Below, piece by piece: positions 36,261 through 50,123 of a DNA stretch of 64,000 nucleotides. How positions within the stretch are numbered: position 1 is the stretch's first letter; each line of letters begins with the position of its first letter. Origin of the DNA: Octopus vulgaris (taxonomy: Eukaryota). The stretch spans positions 10,230,001 to 10,294,000 of the forward strand of contig OX597816.1 in the NCBI GenBank assembly GCA_951406725.2. The letters run 5' to 3'. A model generated the notes under the pieces. It was not told the DNA's origin. It did no database searches and worked only from the letters and a program-made list of their open reading frames with translations. Both the position numbers and the translations under genes were made by a program.

Positions 36261-39224
36261 GCCATTGGAAAAAAAAAAATGGCGACGTGGATTTCCACCC
36301 CGACATCCGAAACTTGGAGTTTTATCATGGCTACCAAATAATTGTTACATATTACATATATATATATCGATCGTGGCCGTTGCCGGCCTCGCCTGGCCTC
36401 CATACCGGCGGCACGTAAAAAGCACCATCCGATCGTGGCCGTTTGCCAGCTTCGTCTGGCACCTGTGCCGGTGGCACATAAAAAGCACCCACTACACTCA
36501 CGGAGTGGTTGGCGTTAGGAAGGGCATCCAGCCGTAGAAACATTGCTAGATCTGACTGGAGCCTGGTGCAGCCTTCTGGCTTCCCAGACCCCAGTTGCAC
36601 CGTCCAACCCATGCCAGCATGGAAAGCGGACGCTAAACAATGATGATGATGATGTGTGTGTAATATGTTGGGGTGGAAATCCATGCCACCATTCTTTTTT
36701 TTTTCCAATGGCCGGATAACTGAAGAGATGGCGGTGTGGATTTCCACCCCAATATTCGAAACTCGGAGTTTATACATACACACACACACACACACACAAG
36801 CATATGTGTGCATGCACATGTGTGTCCATGAATAGGTTTGTGTTTGTATTTGTACTTCTCATCTTAAAATAGTTCATCTTGGGGACTAGTTTGGCTACTA
36901 GCTTTGCACCAAGGGAAATGTGGGATGAGGTATCACTTACTTGAAAAACTGGAAGAGGATTAGTGACAGGAAAAGTATCCATTTCAAAAACAAAGACTCA
37001 ATGATATACTCATCTAACCCATACCGACAAACAAAAGAAATGAACTTAATAATGAACAACCAAATTGAATAATTTCCAATGTAGGTATGAATTGGACAAA
37101 TTTTCTGGATCTATGTTTTATGGCCAGAGATGTCCTTACTGTTGCCAATCCTTTTTGCATCTTGCTCACTACAACACAATTTAAGTTCTAAATAAGATGC
37201 AGGCAGTGAATCATCATCATTTAACATCCGCTTTCCATGCTAGCATGGGTTGGACAATTTTGACTGAGGTCTGGCGAACCAGATGACTGCACCAGGCTCC
37301 AATCTGATCTGGCAGAGTTTCTACAGCTGGATGCCCTTCCTAATGCCAACCACTCTGAGAGTGTAGTGGGTACTTTTACGTACCACCAGTCAAGCGGTAC
37401 TGGCAATGGTCATGCTCAAATGGTGCTTTTTATGTGCCACCTGCACAGGAGCCAGTCCAGCGGCACTGGCAGTGACCTCGCTCAAATGTTTCATGTGCCA
37501 CCAGCACAAGTGCTAGTAAGGCGACACAGGTAACAATCACTCTCATGTGCCATTGGTACAAAGGCCAGCTTGTTGCTCTGGCAATGATCTCACTCGTATG
37601 GTACTCTCAGCGCTCCACTAGCAACAAATCTATTCTAAAACAGGGTGTTTTTCCTGAAATAATTTTGTCTCCAATAAAAGATGTTACCTGGCATTTACTG
37701 AAATGGAATAGAAAGAAACTTGGCTAAGTCTACCAAAACACTAATCAGTTGCTTGCAAATGGTTTGTCTTGTCAATAATGTATGATGATGGTGTGAAAGC
37801 ATGTGGTTGAGTGGTTATAATAAGGCCATGAGTTCAATTCCTGGTGATTTGTTGTGCTCTTGAGCAAGACACTTTATTTCACATTGCGCTAGTCCAGTCA
37901 GCTGACAAAAATGAGCCGTACCTGTAATTCATGGGGGCTAGCTTTGACATACTCTGTCTCAGGTTGAATCTCTATGGGAACCATGTGAAGGGTGGGTGTG
38001 TCTGTGGGGCGCACAGCCACTTGCAAGTTCATTTCATGATCAGGCTGTTCTGTTGATCCAATCAACTGGAACACTCATTATCATATCCGGCTGAGTGCCA
38101 GTATGATCACAGCGGTTTGGGAGTAGTAGTAGTAGTGGTGGTCGTAGTAGTAGTAGTAGTAGTTTCAGTAATAGTAGGGTTGTAGTGGTAATAATAGTAA
38201 AGCAGTAGTTGTAGTGGCTACAGGCGTACGAGTATCTGCGTGGTAAGTAGCTTGCTTACAAACCACATGGTTCTGAGTTCAGTCCCACTGCGTGGCACCT
38301 TGGGCAAGTGTCTCCTACTATAGCCTCAGGCCAACCAAAGCCTTCTGAGTGGATTTGGTAGACAGAAACTGAAAGAAGCCTGTCGTATATATGTTTATAT
38401 ATATATATATATTATTGTGTGTCTTGTGTGTCTGTGTTTGTCCCCCCAACATCACTTGACAACCGATGCTGGTGTGTTTACGTGTCTCCCCATTTTTATG
38501 TCCCCGTAACTTAGTGGTTCGGTAAAAGAGATAGAATAAGTTCTAGGCTTACAAAGAAAAAGTCCTGGGGGTCGATTTGCTCGACTAAAGGCAGTGCTCC
38601 AGCATGGCCACAGTCAAATGACTGAAACAAGTAAAAGAGTAGTTGCAGTAGCATAATACTATGAGTTGCGGTGACAGTAGAAGTAAAACAGAAGGAACAA
38701 CAAAAAAAAAAAACAAGAACAAAATCAAGAAAAAGGAGAAAAGAAGTAGGAGTGGGGGGCAAGGTTGGATTTCTCCGTAGTCGCCCACCTCAAATACCAA
38801 GGTACATAGTAATTGTACCATTCTCTTATCCATTGTCAGTGTCGGTCCTAAGAGAATAAAACTTTTTCTTTTAGCTTTTCTTACGATTGGTTTTGAAATT
38901 TCTGAAAAGTGACCTTTTACGAAAATTCAATTTATTTTATGGTTGCGTCGTACAATACGTAGTTAGCGGCATCACAGAAATGTTTTTTTTTTCAATTGCA
39001 AAATGTAAAACTTGTCTGCCATGGTAACCAGACAATAACACTGATGGATCGATGGAACCTTCATCAGTTTTCATCACTGACATTCGGTTGTTTAATCCAC
39101 TGAACTTACCAACTTCTTAAAGTATCATCCAAGTGGCTGAGTACTCCACAGACATCTTTTATTTACTTTACTTGTGTTACTCATTGGACTATGGCCATGC
39201 TGGGGCACCTATGAAGGGTTTAGT

Positions 39225-39610
39225 CAGTGGTTCCCAAATATTTTCGAGATGCCACCCCCTTAGTTCTAAGGCCACATTTCTAATGCTCCCCTGCCACCCC
39301 TCACTATCACAGACATAAACCATTTTCTGCAGCAAATTCAAAACAACACAATTTCATAAATATAAGTTAACCTAAATATTCTGTTGTGTATGGGGCAGAG
39401 TCATTTCCTTTTTGTGCCTTATAATTTAACACACTCACCGGTAAAATTTACACTTATTTCTTATTTTCACTTTCCTAAAATTTTCGTTGTGTCTTGCAAC
39501 CTTTTCAATAGTCTTGACTCTAATTAACCCTTATTTTATTTTTTTTCACATCTATTGCCCCTTTTTGGTCACCCTATTATTGCCCCACCCCTCCATCCTG
39601 GGAACCACTG
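39225..39610. mobile_element. hAT-type MITE inserted in a SINE
   Basis: 12-bp perfect TIR CAGTGGTTCCCA/TGGGAACCACTG; degenerate TSD gtttagt/gttttgt. Confidence 0.8.
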
Positions 39611-40079
39611 GTTTTGTTGAACAAATAAACCTCACTACTTAATTTTTTAAACTCTGGCACTCATGCTATCAGTCTCTTTTGTTGAACTGCTAAGTTATAG
39701 GACTGCAAACAAATCAACACAAATTGTCAACCAGCAGGAGGGACAACCACAAGCATAAAAACACACATACACATGTGTGTGTGTATGTATATACATATGT
39801 GTGTGTGGCTATGTATTTAAATATATATATATGTGTGTATGTGTGCATGTGTATATATGTGTGTGTGTGTGTGTTTTTACTTGTTTTACTCATTTGACTG
39901 TGGCCATGCAGGAGCACTGCCTTTAGTCGAGCAAATCGACTCCAGGACTTATTCTTTGTAAGCCTAGTACTTATTCTATTAGTCTCTTCTGCTGAACTGC
40001 TAAGTTATGGGGACATAAACAAACCAACATCAGTTGTCAAGCAATGGTGGGGGACAAACACACACACAAATATATGCAT

Positions 40080-40124
<45 letters not shown>

Positions 40125-40126
<2 letters not shown>

Positions 40127-41350
40127 AGGGTTGGACAAAATAATGGAAACACCTAGCATCATAATTTTGAAATATCTATAAAACCGTCAAGAGCTTCTTT
40201 CTTTTAAAGTTTTTTGATTTATTATTAGTGTTGCTTAATATGTTTCACTAAAATTGCTGTTGCTTTTTCAGATATCATCAGAAAAAGTTAATTAAAATTC
40301 ATTAAAATGACAGATCTATCGGACTTTCAAAGAGGTCAAATTGTTGGTGCTCGTATGGCAGTCACTAATGTAATGAAAACAGCCGAAATGTTTGGTGTAT
40401 CAAGAAGTACTGTCTCGAAAGTAATTGAGAAAGCCTTTGAGAAAAAGGGAAAAACCTTCTTGTTGAAACAAAACTCCAGAAGAAAACCAAAACTTTCGGA
40501 CTTTTATGCAAATTATTAGAAAGGGTCACAAAAGTACAGCTCCCAAAATTACTGCAAAGCTTAATGACCACCTCGAGAACTCAATTTCTATAAGAACTGT
40601 TTGCCAGGACCTGCACAAAGCTAGATTACATGGGAGGGTTGCAATCAGAAAACCATCACTTTCAAAAACAAACGTTGCAAAACAAGTAGAATGGAGTAAA
40701 AACCTACATAATTGGTCCCTAGAGCAGTGGAAGAATATTATTATCTCAGACAAGTCATCGTTTACTTTATTTTCAACCATTTGCTGAGTGTATGTGTGAA
40801 GACAGCCAAAAAAAGCATATGACCCAGACTGCCTTCTTCCAACTGTTAAACGTGGAGAAGGATCTGTGATGATCGGGGGGACTATATCCTGGAAATCTGC
40901 TGGCCCAATGCTTTCCCTTCAAGGCAGAATTAATAGTCAAGACTATTTAAGTATTTTATTTGATCAAATTCATCCTATGATTGCAGAACTGTTTTTGGAG
41001 AGAAACACAATCTTTCAGGATGATAATGCACCAATTCACACGGCCAAAGTTGTTACTGAATGGCACGTGGAACATTCTAGTGAAGTTGAACATCTTATCT
41101 GGCTACCACAGTCCCCAGATCTCAATACTACTCAATATTTCTGGTGAATTTTAGAAAAACAAGTAAGAAGTCAAAATCCTCCACCATCATCCCTATAAGA
41201 ACTAGAGACAGTTTTAGCTGAAGAATGGACAAAAATTCCTTTGGAAACAACTCAAACTTTGTACGAGTCCATACCTCGTAGAATTCAAGCTGTAATTACT
41301 GCCAAAGGTGGTACTACCTCATATTGAAATAAATTTGTTTGAAATTTTAG
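40125..41350 (+). mobile_element. Tc1/mariner element, DD36E (Incomer-like), decayed; right TIR lost
   Basis: TA then left TIR caagggttggacaaaataatggaaacacc; MTDLSDFQRGQIVGARMA HTH, WKNIIISDKSSF, FQDDNAPIH..WLPQSPDLN; 36 residues between the second D and the (mutated) E position. Confidence 0.9.
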
Positions 41351-41886
41351 CTTCTTTCAGTTTCCATCTATCAAATCCACTCACAAGGTTTTGGTCAGCT
41401 CTAGGATATAGTAGAAGACCTAAGGTGCCACACAGTGGGACTGAACCCAGAACCATGTGGTTGGGAAGCAAGCTTCTTACCACACAGCCATGCCTGCACC
41501 TTCTTACTTTTCCATTCCCTCCTGGCATCAGCCATTCTGGTTTCCAAGCAAAATATTATTTTCTTAGCCAAACACATTTCCATGGAAGATTGGAGAGGTA
41601 TGATAGGTGCAAGAATGGCTGTGAGGTAATAAATTTGCTCTCCAACCGCATGGTTCCCAGTTCAGTCCCACTGGCATGCTGGGCAAGTGTCTTCTACTAT
41701 AGCCCCAGGCCAACCAAAGCCTTATTAGTGGATTTGGTAGACAGAACCAGAAAAAATCCCATCGTGTGTGTGTGTTTGTCTCGCACTGCCGCTTGACAAC
41801 TGGTGTTGGTTTGTTTATGTCCTGTGCAACTTAGCATAAAGTAATCAATAGAACAAGTACCAGGCTTTAAAAAAAAAGTTGATTTC

Positions 41887-42460
41887 ATCATCATCATCGT
41901 TTAACATCCATTATCCTTGCTGGCACAGGTTGGACGGTTCAACCGGGGTCTGGGAAGCCAAGAGACTGCACCGGGATCCAGTCTAATCTGGCAGATTTTC
42001 TACAGCTTGATGCCCTTCCTAATGCCAACCACTCCGAGAGTGTAGTGGGTGTTTTTTACGTGCCACCAGCACTGGTGCCAGGAGAGGCTGGCAGCGGCCA
42101 CGATCGGTTGGTGCTTTTTACGTGCCACCGGCATGGATGCCAGTCAAGCCAGCACTGGCATCGCCCATGTTTGGATGGTGCTTTTTACGTGCTGCCGGCA
42201 TGGGTATCACAACTACAATTTCCATTTGATATTTATCTTGATGTTGATGTACTTGACTCAATAGGTCTCCTCAAGCACAGCAGGTCGCCCTACGATCCAA
42301 GGTAAGCACAGCAGGTCATTCTGCAATCCAAGGTACTTTGGATGGGCAGGAGCTATGCGAAACTGGTGCAGGAAGCAGCCATGAACTCACATTATTTGTC
42401 AGGTCTTTGCAGTCACAGCATATCTCCAGAGATCTCGGTCTTTCGTCATTGCCTCTGTGA
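41887..42460 (-). mobile_element. RTE LINE 3' fragment (end of ORF2 plus full 3' UTR)
   Basis: 42402-42460 matches 5349-5406 (gtctttgcagtcacagcatatctccagagatctcggtctttcg), followed by the modular UTR and (CAT)n tail. Confidence 0.9.
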
Positions 42461-42697
42461 TTTGTTTGATTAAAAATTCTTCAAGGTGGTACCACAGTGT
42501 AGCTGCAGTTTAATGATTGAAACAAGAAAAAAAAAAAAACCAATGCCACTTGTAAAACAGGGACACTCATTTACAATTATCACCCAGTGTCAAGAAATTG
42601 CAACACATATACAATGGACCTCTTTCAGTTTTCATTTAACAAATCCATTCACAAGGCTTAGATTGGAAGAAGACACCTGACCAAGTTGCTGCACAGT

Positions 42698-43100
42698 TTG
42701 TTTGTTGAGCGAAGCAGTCTTCATCCCAGAGCTCACAAGATCGCGCCTCAGGAATTGTCTATAGTGGGAGAAGTCCAAAACGTTGTCCTTTGCTATTTGT
42801 AAGACCCGCAGAAGAGAAAGCAGGTCAACCCACGACACTGAGAGCATCGACGGATGGATGAATGCGCATCCAGGCTCAGCGGTTGCGTAGGAAGTCGGGG
42901 ACAAGAAACAGGAAGAAAGAGTGAGAGAAAGTTGGGGCGAAAGAGTACAACAGGGGTCACCACCACCCCCTGCCAGAGCCTCGTGGAGCTTTAGGTGTTT
43001 TCGCTCAATAAACACACACAAGGTCCGGTCTGGGAATCGAAACTGTGATCCTCCGACTGCGAGTCTGCTGCCCTAACCACTGGGTCATTGCGCCTCCTAA
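42698..43100 (-). mobile_element. SINE family C copy
   Basis: Reverse complement of 25953-26326; TSD tgcacagt at 42690-42697 and 43101-43108. Confidence 0.9.
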
Positions 43101-44777
43101 TGCACAGTGGAACTGAACCCAATACACAAATATGAAGTTGAAGCTCTCACAACTGCACTATAAAATTAATTAAAGTGCATTCCCCCCCGCCTTTTCTTTG
43201 TTTGAACTTCTCGTATGAATGTAATATGAATAAATATCAGCTTTTTTCATTCTGCCTTACTCTAAATGTGTTATACACACAAAGTTTTTTAAGTAGTGGC
43301 TGAAATGGGTTATAAGACTTAATAATAAAATTAAGTCACCTTTTAGTAGATTAGCGTGAAAAAATATCTGAAAAGAAAAAAAGCGAAAAAAAATAGCAAA
43401 TGGAAAATGGTAAAAGAAGAATCAGACAGAATTAAAGAAGACGCGAGTCTGGAAGGACATGTTGGAACCATGTTTCGGTGTCTAAGTGTTTAAAATTCAC
43501 TCAGTGACTTTAAATAAACATTATTAAAGTTGATTTGAGTACCTGATTAAATTGATAAAATGAAAGCAATAAGAACTGGAATGGTATTGTAACAGGTAGG
43601 ACTAACACTGGAAAATTGGAAAACTGGAATGGTATTTTTTGAGGTTTTGTTCATTCTTTTCGTATATATACGGATTTTCAGTTTACAATGCAAATTATTT
43701 TTCATTTATTTATTTATTTTCTTTGCTAAATGAAAATCCTGAGATTTTTAAATGGAAGGCAAACAAATACACACACACACAAAATAAAAAAACTCCCAGC
43801 AAATACAAAAGGTAAAGCAACACACACATATATACACATAAATATATAAACACGTGACAAAGAAAAATATATATACACATACACAGAAAACATATACATA
43901 CATATGTACACACAAACTGAACAATAGAACTGTTCAATTATGCACAAACTATTATTTTCTTTGATAAAGAAATAATTCAAAAATAGAATATAAATAATTG
44001 CAATAAATACCTTAATATTTCTTGTTTATTAATATTATGTTGTCTGTTTTTTTTTTTGTTTTTTTTTGTCTCGGCTTTGTGTTTGTTATATTTTCTACTT
44101 TTCATGTGAATATGTGCAAAGCAGATATTGTATTGTGAAGAAAGAATCAAGATGAAGCAAAAAAAAATAGATAATAAAATAAATAAATAAAATAAAATAA
44201 ATAATGACTTCACACTACTAACATTACAGATATACACAGACACTCAGCCAAACGGACAGACGAACAGACGGACTGACAGACAGAAGTACACACATTAAAC
44301 ACATACCTATATATTTTTATTTCTAAGTGAAGTAAACGAGTAAAAACAAAAAAAAGAAAAAAGATAAAAATTTCAAAAATAAATAAATTATAAAATGGTC
44401 GAATCAGAATGAAACAACAACAACATCAAAAAATAATTTACATAACGAGATAGAAATGAATGTAATATACAAGAATGAGTTAAATTAAATTTTCTGTCAT
44501 TGTATGTCCGTCTATATGGGACAGAACAAGATGCACACCCACCCACCCACCCACACATGTATGCATATAAATACACACCTATATATATATATATATATTA
44601 ACACATGTATATATTAACATATATATATATATAAATGTGTGTGTGTGTGTATATATATAAATGTGTATGTGTATATGTGTGTGTATGAATATATATATAA
44701 ATGTGTGTGTATATATATATATATATATAAATGTGTGTTTATATATATGTGTATATATATATATATATAAATGTGCG

Positions 44778-44808
<31 letters not shown>

Positions 44809-45610
44809 GTGTGTGTATATATATATATATATAAATGTGTGTATGTATATATATATATATAAATGTATATATATATATATATATATATAAATGTGTGTGT
44901 ATATATATATATATAAATGTGTGTGTGTGTGTATATATATACATATATATATGTGTGCACAAAAGGAAAGAAGGTGAACACATTCAACAATATCAAATTA
45001 AAACCTAAGATTCTGAAGAAATGGTATAAGAGATTTAAACTTCGTCAAATCTATAGAATCCATGTAAGCTTCTTAAAAATGTCATTTATGAAGCTGTATA
45101 AAGATCTGGGCAGGAGTAGGATTAATTTTGTTTGCAATTTTTTTATTTATTTCACATTTATTAAATTTTTTTGCTTGGATAGTAGTTATTCCTCACTAAA
45201 GAGTGCTTGGCAGTTTTTATGCTATGTTTATTTTTTACTTCCATTGGTAAGAAAAAGATTACATGTAAACAAATATAGATTTGAAGAAAGCCTCCTTAAA
45301 AAAAAAAAACAACGGAAGATAAATAAAAGTAAAAATAAAAGAAGACGAAGAAATAGAATGTTTGGAAGTAAAATTGAAAAAGAGTTGTGGGTAGAGGAAA
45401 ATATTATTATTATTACTATTATTACTACTGTTATTATTATTATCATTACTATTATTATTATCATTATTACTATTATTATTATCATTATTATTACTATTAT
45501 TACTATTATCATTATTATTATTACTATTACTATCATTATTATTATTACTATTATTATCATTATTATTATTATTATTACTATTACTATCATTATTATTATT
45601 ACTATTATTA

Positions 45611-45653
<43 letters not shown>

Positions 45654-45674
45654 TACTATCATTATTATTATTAC

Positions 45675-45710
<36 letters not shown>

Positions 45711-46387
45711 TATTATTATTATTACTATTATTATTATCATTATTATTATTATTACTATTATCATTATTATCATTATTATTATGAAACGAAAGGAAAAAAT
45801 GCAAAAATATTGAATAAATAAATACAAAAAAAAGAGAAAATTTAGGAACAAAATCAGCAAAAGAAATTTGATAAGAAATAAAAAAGAAGCAAATAAATAG
45901 ATAAAAAGTGCTCTAGGAAAGAAAACAAAAAAAAAGAATACAATAACAACATCAAATTGTGAAACCTTTACATGACTTGATGGCCAAACACCTCCATCTC
46001 TTCTCTTTCTTCTTTCTTCGAGCCACTGTACTCCTTCATTAAATTCTGTCGATCCGTGTGTGAAAGGAATTTAGAAAACTAGAATTCAATATTTTCAATA
46101 AAAGAACATGAAGAATACATAGCAATGATTTCTCTCTCTCTCTCTCTGTAAGAAACAAATGAAATTTCTAATAGAGATCCAATTATGGTGCTAAAAACTC
46201 TGATGGCTTTTTACTTGTTGCTTGCTTTTTTTTTTATTGTGGGGTGTTGCTTTTTTTTTTCTTTTTGATATTTTTTTTATAACTTTCTTGCATATAAATA
46301 ATAAATCTTTTGTTTCAGCCTCAACTCTTGAGTAAATCAGTCATTCATTCATTTATGCTGTCATTGTATTATTATTATTATTTTTAC

Positions 46388-46426
<39 letters not shown>

Positions 46427-47712
46427 TATCATTATTATTACTATTATTACTATTATCATTATTGTTACTATTATCATTATTATTACTATTATTACTATTA
46501 TCATTATTATTACTATTATTACTATTATTATTATTATTATTACTATTATCATTATTATTACTATTATTACTATTATCATTATTGTTACTATTATTATTAT
46601 TATTATTATTATTACTATTATTATTATTATTATTATTATTATTATCATTATTATTATTGTCATTATTATCATTATTACTATTATTATTATTGTTATCATT
46701 ATTACTATTATTATTATTATTATTATTACCATTATTATTATTATTATTATTATTAATATTATTATTTGTTGCTCTCATGAAAAAAATTCTGAAAAAGGAA
46801 AAAAAAAATCTAAATAAATAAAATCCAAAATTATGTTTTCACCCATGGCTAGTTGCTACAGAGTGAAGGTCTATAAGATTTTCTATTTGACTTACCTCCA
46901 CATTAGAAAAAGGAAAAACATAAAAAGGTGGAAGAAAAGGAAAAAAAAAATGGTTAGATTAGGACGATATATATCTTATCTCTTATATACTCGTGTGGTA
47001 AATGGAGTTAGTTGCCTGACTGATTATATTTGGAGATATGTATCAATAGGTGATCAGTCTTACAGAACAATTCTCAACAATTCCAATATACCTATTCTAG
47101 GCATCTATTTGAACTGTCCAGCCAACAACAAAACACTTACATGGATGCTCAACCCACAAAAATAGCAGTCACACTTTCTTTAAATCATATTCAGTTTGGC
47201 CACCATATCTTTGTTGAAATAGCCTGTCTTTTGTGTCCAATTAATTTTGATAATAATGTAGAATTTCGTAAAATTACATTGCCATTATTAAGGTGGTGTT
47301 TGGAACAAATTATCATGGAAGTTTTAGGCTTATATGTATGTGTCTCTTCATCATCATCATCATCATCATCGTTTAACGTCTGTTTTCCGTGCTAGCACGG
47401 GTTGGACGGTTCGACCGGGGTCTGGGGAGCCAGGGGCTGCTCCAGGCTCCAGTCTGATCTGGCAGTGTTTCTACAGCTGGATGCCCTTCCTAACGCCAAC
47501 CACTCCGCGAGTGTAGTGGGTGCTTTTTACGTGCCACCTGCACAGGTGCCAGAGGGGTCTGGCATCGGCCACGATCGGTTGGTGCTTTTTATGTGCCACC
47601 GGCACAGAAGCCAGTCGAGGCGGTGCTATTATAAATCTTCCACTGAGAAGGGAGCCCGTTTCAAACAAACATACAAGTCTCCATCTTTAGGATGTAGTTA
47701 ACACAGGCAAAT

Positions 47713-48090
47713 TCACATTTGGAACATGAGAAAAGTCTTGTATATTTTTTCTGTTCTACTTACAGATTACACGTGTAATGTATGAATTAACTGGTCGATT
47801 TCTCTTTCTGAAAATCCCAGTTTATCTAGATTCTCCTTTAAGCATTTACAAACAAAACCTAGTGCTCCAATTATCATTGGTATGAATTCATAGTCTAGAT
47901 ATAGAAGCTGGAGGTTTCAAAACAGTTGTCCATAGATATCCTCTTTTTCTTTGATTTTCAAAGAGATATTTATATCTGCAGGGCAGCTGACCTCTATGAT
48001 GGTGCATACTATTGCACCTCTCTCCCAAACAACAATATCTGGCCTGTTATGTTTACATTTGACAGAAGTTTTGATGGGAATATACCCCCA
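47713..48090 (-). mobile_element. R4/Dong-type non-LTR retrotransposon 3' fragment (restriction-like endonuclease domain)
   Basis: HNRPDIVVW..CTIIEVSCPADINI..K.KEK..Y..L..L....IPMIIGALG is the PD-(D/E)xK RLE motif. Confidence 0.85.
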
Positions 48091-48369
48091 GTAAGTATGT
48101 ATGCATGTATGTATGTTTATATGTATGTATGTATGATGTACATACATATGTATGTATCTGTCTATCTGTGTGTTTATCTACTTGTGAGTTTATCAATCTA
48201 TCTATCTACACTCACACAGAATTCTATTTATTTTGGCATGAAATCCAGTCATTAGTTTTGCAAAATCCTGAAGTCCTATGCTTGCTTCTTGAACAGCAAA
48301 ACAACCCCCTCTATGTAACCTTCCTGTAATTTCTCTGCTGATGAAAGGTCTAAGCTGGAAGTATCTACA

Positions 48370-48950
48370 ACGCTGATAAATAGCAGGATTTAATCACAAT
48401 ATATTTTCAGCTGAAATAGGGTTGGAATTTGGCCAAAGGTAATGCTGCAGTATAACTGAATGTAAGGAAACCACAGATTCAGTTATGTATCAAATGAAAG
48501 ACATTAACACCAGTGGTAGCTACCTCTTGTACTCAGGGTATATCATTAATACCTAGGTATTATTGAAAATGCATCATGAAGAAAATAAGATACTTTGATC
48601 AGAAATAAAGGTACAAAGGAATACTGTAACAGAATTTTAAAAGTATGACATTTACAGATTTTCTCTTCAAGCAAAGCAAGTATCCCATGCCATATTTACA
48701 TTTGCTGTAGTGGCACCACTGTCCTTTTTTTGATACTTGACTAGTCTTTAGCAGAAATCCCCTCCATTGATAATGTAACCTTCCTGATCTTCATGTCAAG
48801 TGGGAACTTCCACAAAATTAGAGATATTGACAAGCTCTACTTCAGAACAGATTACACAGGAAGAGGTTTTTAAGATCAGTGCAAATAGCATCAGAGTACC
48901 AGATAGCTCCATTAAAATGCCATCATTTGCTAAACAGAAATGGTTCTAAG
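48370..48950 (+). mobile_element. Highly decayed R4/Dong-type RT/thumb fragment
   Basis: FSAEIGLEFG, YLGI, D*SLAEIPSIDN..GNFHKIRDIDKLYFR..GRG resemble the R4-clade DW..EI..ID..FH..SDVDRLY..R..GGRGL block. Confidence 0.65.
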
Positions 48951-50123
48951 AAATCCACCAACCAAGTACTCAACAATCATGGGGAGAAACACTCCTAAGA
49001 CCAACAAAATGTTATGCATGCATAGTTGAGTAGTTTAATAGTTTGCTTCCCAAGCACATGGCTTTGAGTTCAGTTCCATTATGTGGCATCTTAGACAAAA
49101 GTGTTTTACTAAAGTTCCAAGTTAACCACAAGTTTTGTGAATGGATTTGGGAGATGAAAACTGAAGGAAACACATCATGTGTGTGTGTGTGTGTGTGTAT
49201 ATTTATATATATATTATATATATACTGAGTCAAGTAATATCAAAATAATCAGAATCTCAATCAAAGTGGAAATTGTAGTTGTGGCCAATGCCAGTGCTAC
49301 CTGACTGGCTCTAGTGCTGGTGGCATGAAATAAGCACCATTCATGTGTGGGTTGATGCCAGTGCTGCCTGAGTGGCTCCCTGTGCTGATGGCACGTAAAA
49401 AGCACCTTCTGAATGTGGTTGATGCCATCCACCACCACCACCAACTGGCTCCTATACCAGTGGCACATAAAAAGCACCCACTACACTCAGAGTGGTTGGC
49501 ATTAGGAAGGGCATCCAGCTGTAGAAACTCTGCCAGATCAAGTTTGGAGCCTGTCCCCAGTCAAACCGTCCAACCTGTGCCAGCATGGAAAATGGACATT
49601 AAACAATGATGATGATCACACACACACACATTCCTGTTGATCATTTCTGATGATTGCTAAATTGGGTCTCAACCTGTGGTATGAAACCAGTTGGTAATTT
49701 GACTGCTATAAGACTATTAGTAGTATTAATAATAATAATATACTTACACTATTGACACATAAGAGCTTGTTCTTCTTCTGACTCATGGATTTTTAGATAC
49801 TATATGTCTGTGTATCTCCTTGTCTCGATATATCCCATGATGGTTGTAAATAAGCATCATACAAGCAATGTTGTTTTCAATCTTCCGGCCATGAGGGAAT
49901 ATCTTGCTTGGGAACCGGTGAAGGTTGACAGCGTGAAGAGCAGCCAACCATAGAAAGTTTGCCGTCTCAGTGAATTCTGTCTCAGCCATGTGAGCATAAA
50001 AATGTTGAAGCTAAAAGATGATGATGAGAATTACAAGGAACTTGATAATGAAACCAATATCTGCAGAGAATTTTACCTTTCTGTCTCTTGTGACCACAAC
50101 ATATTGTCTCATATCAAAGATTA

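Noticed and set aside
44917-45860. 298-aa, 210-aa and 181-aa ORFs
   Set aside because: Poly-Ile/Asn/Tyr translations of (TAT)n; open only because the repeat lacks stops in those frames.
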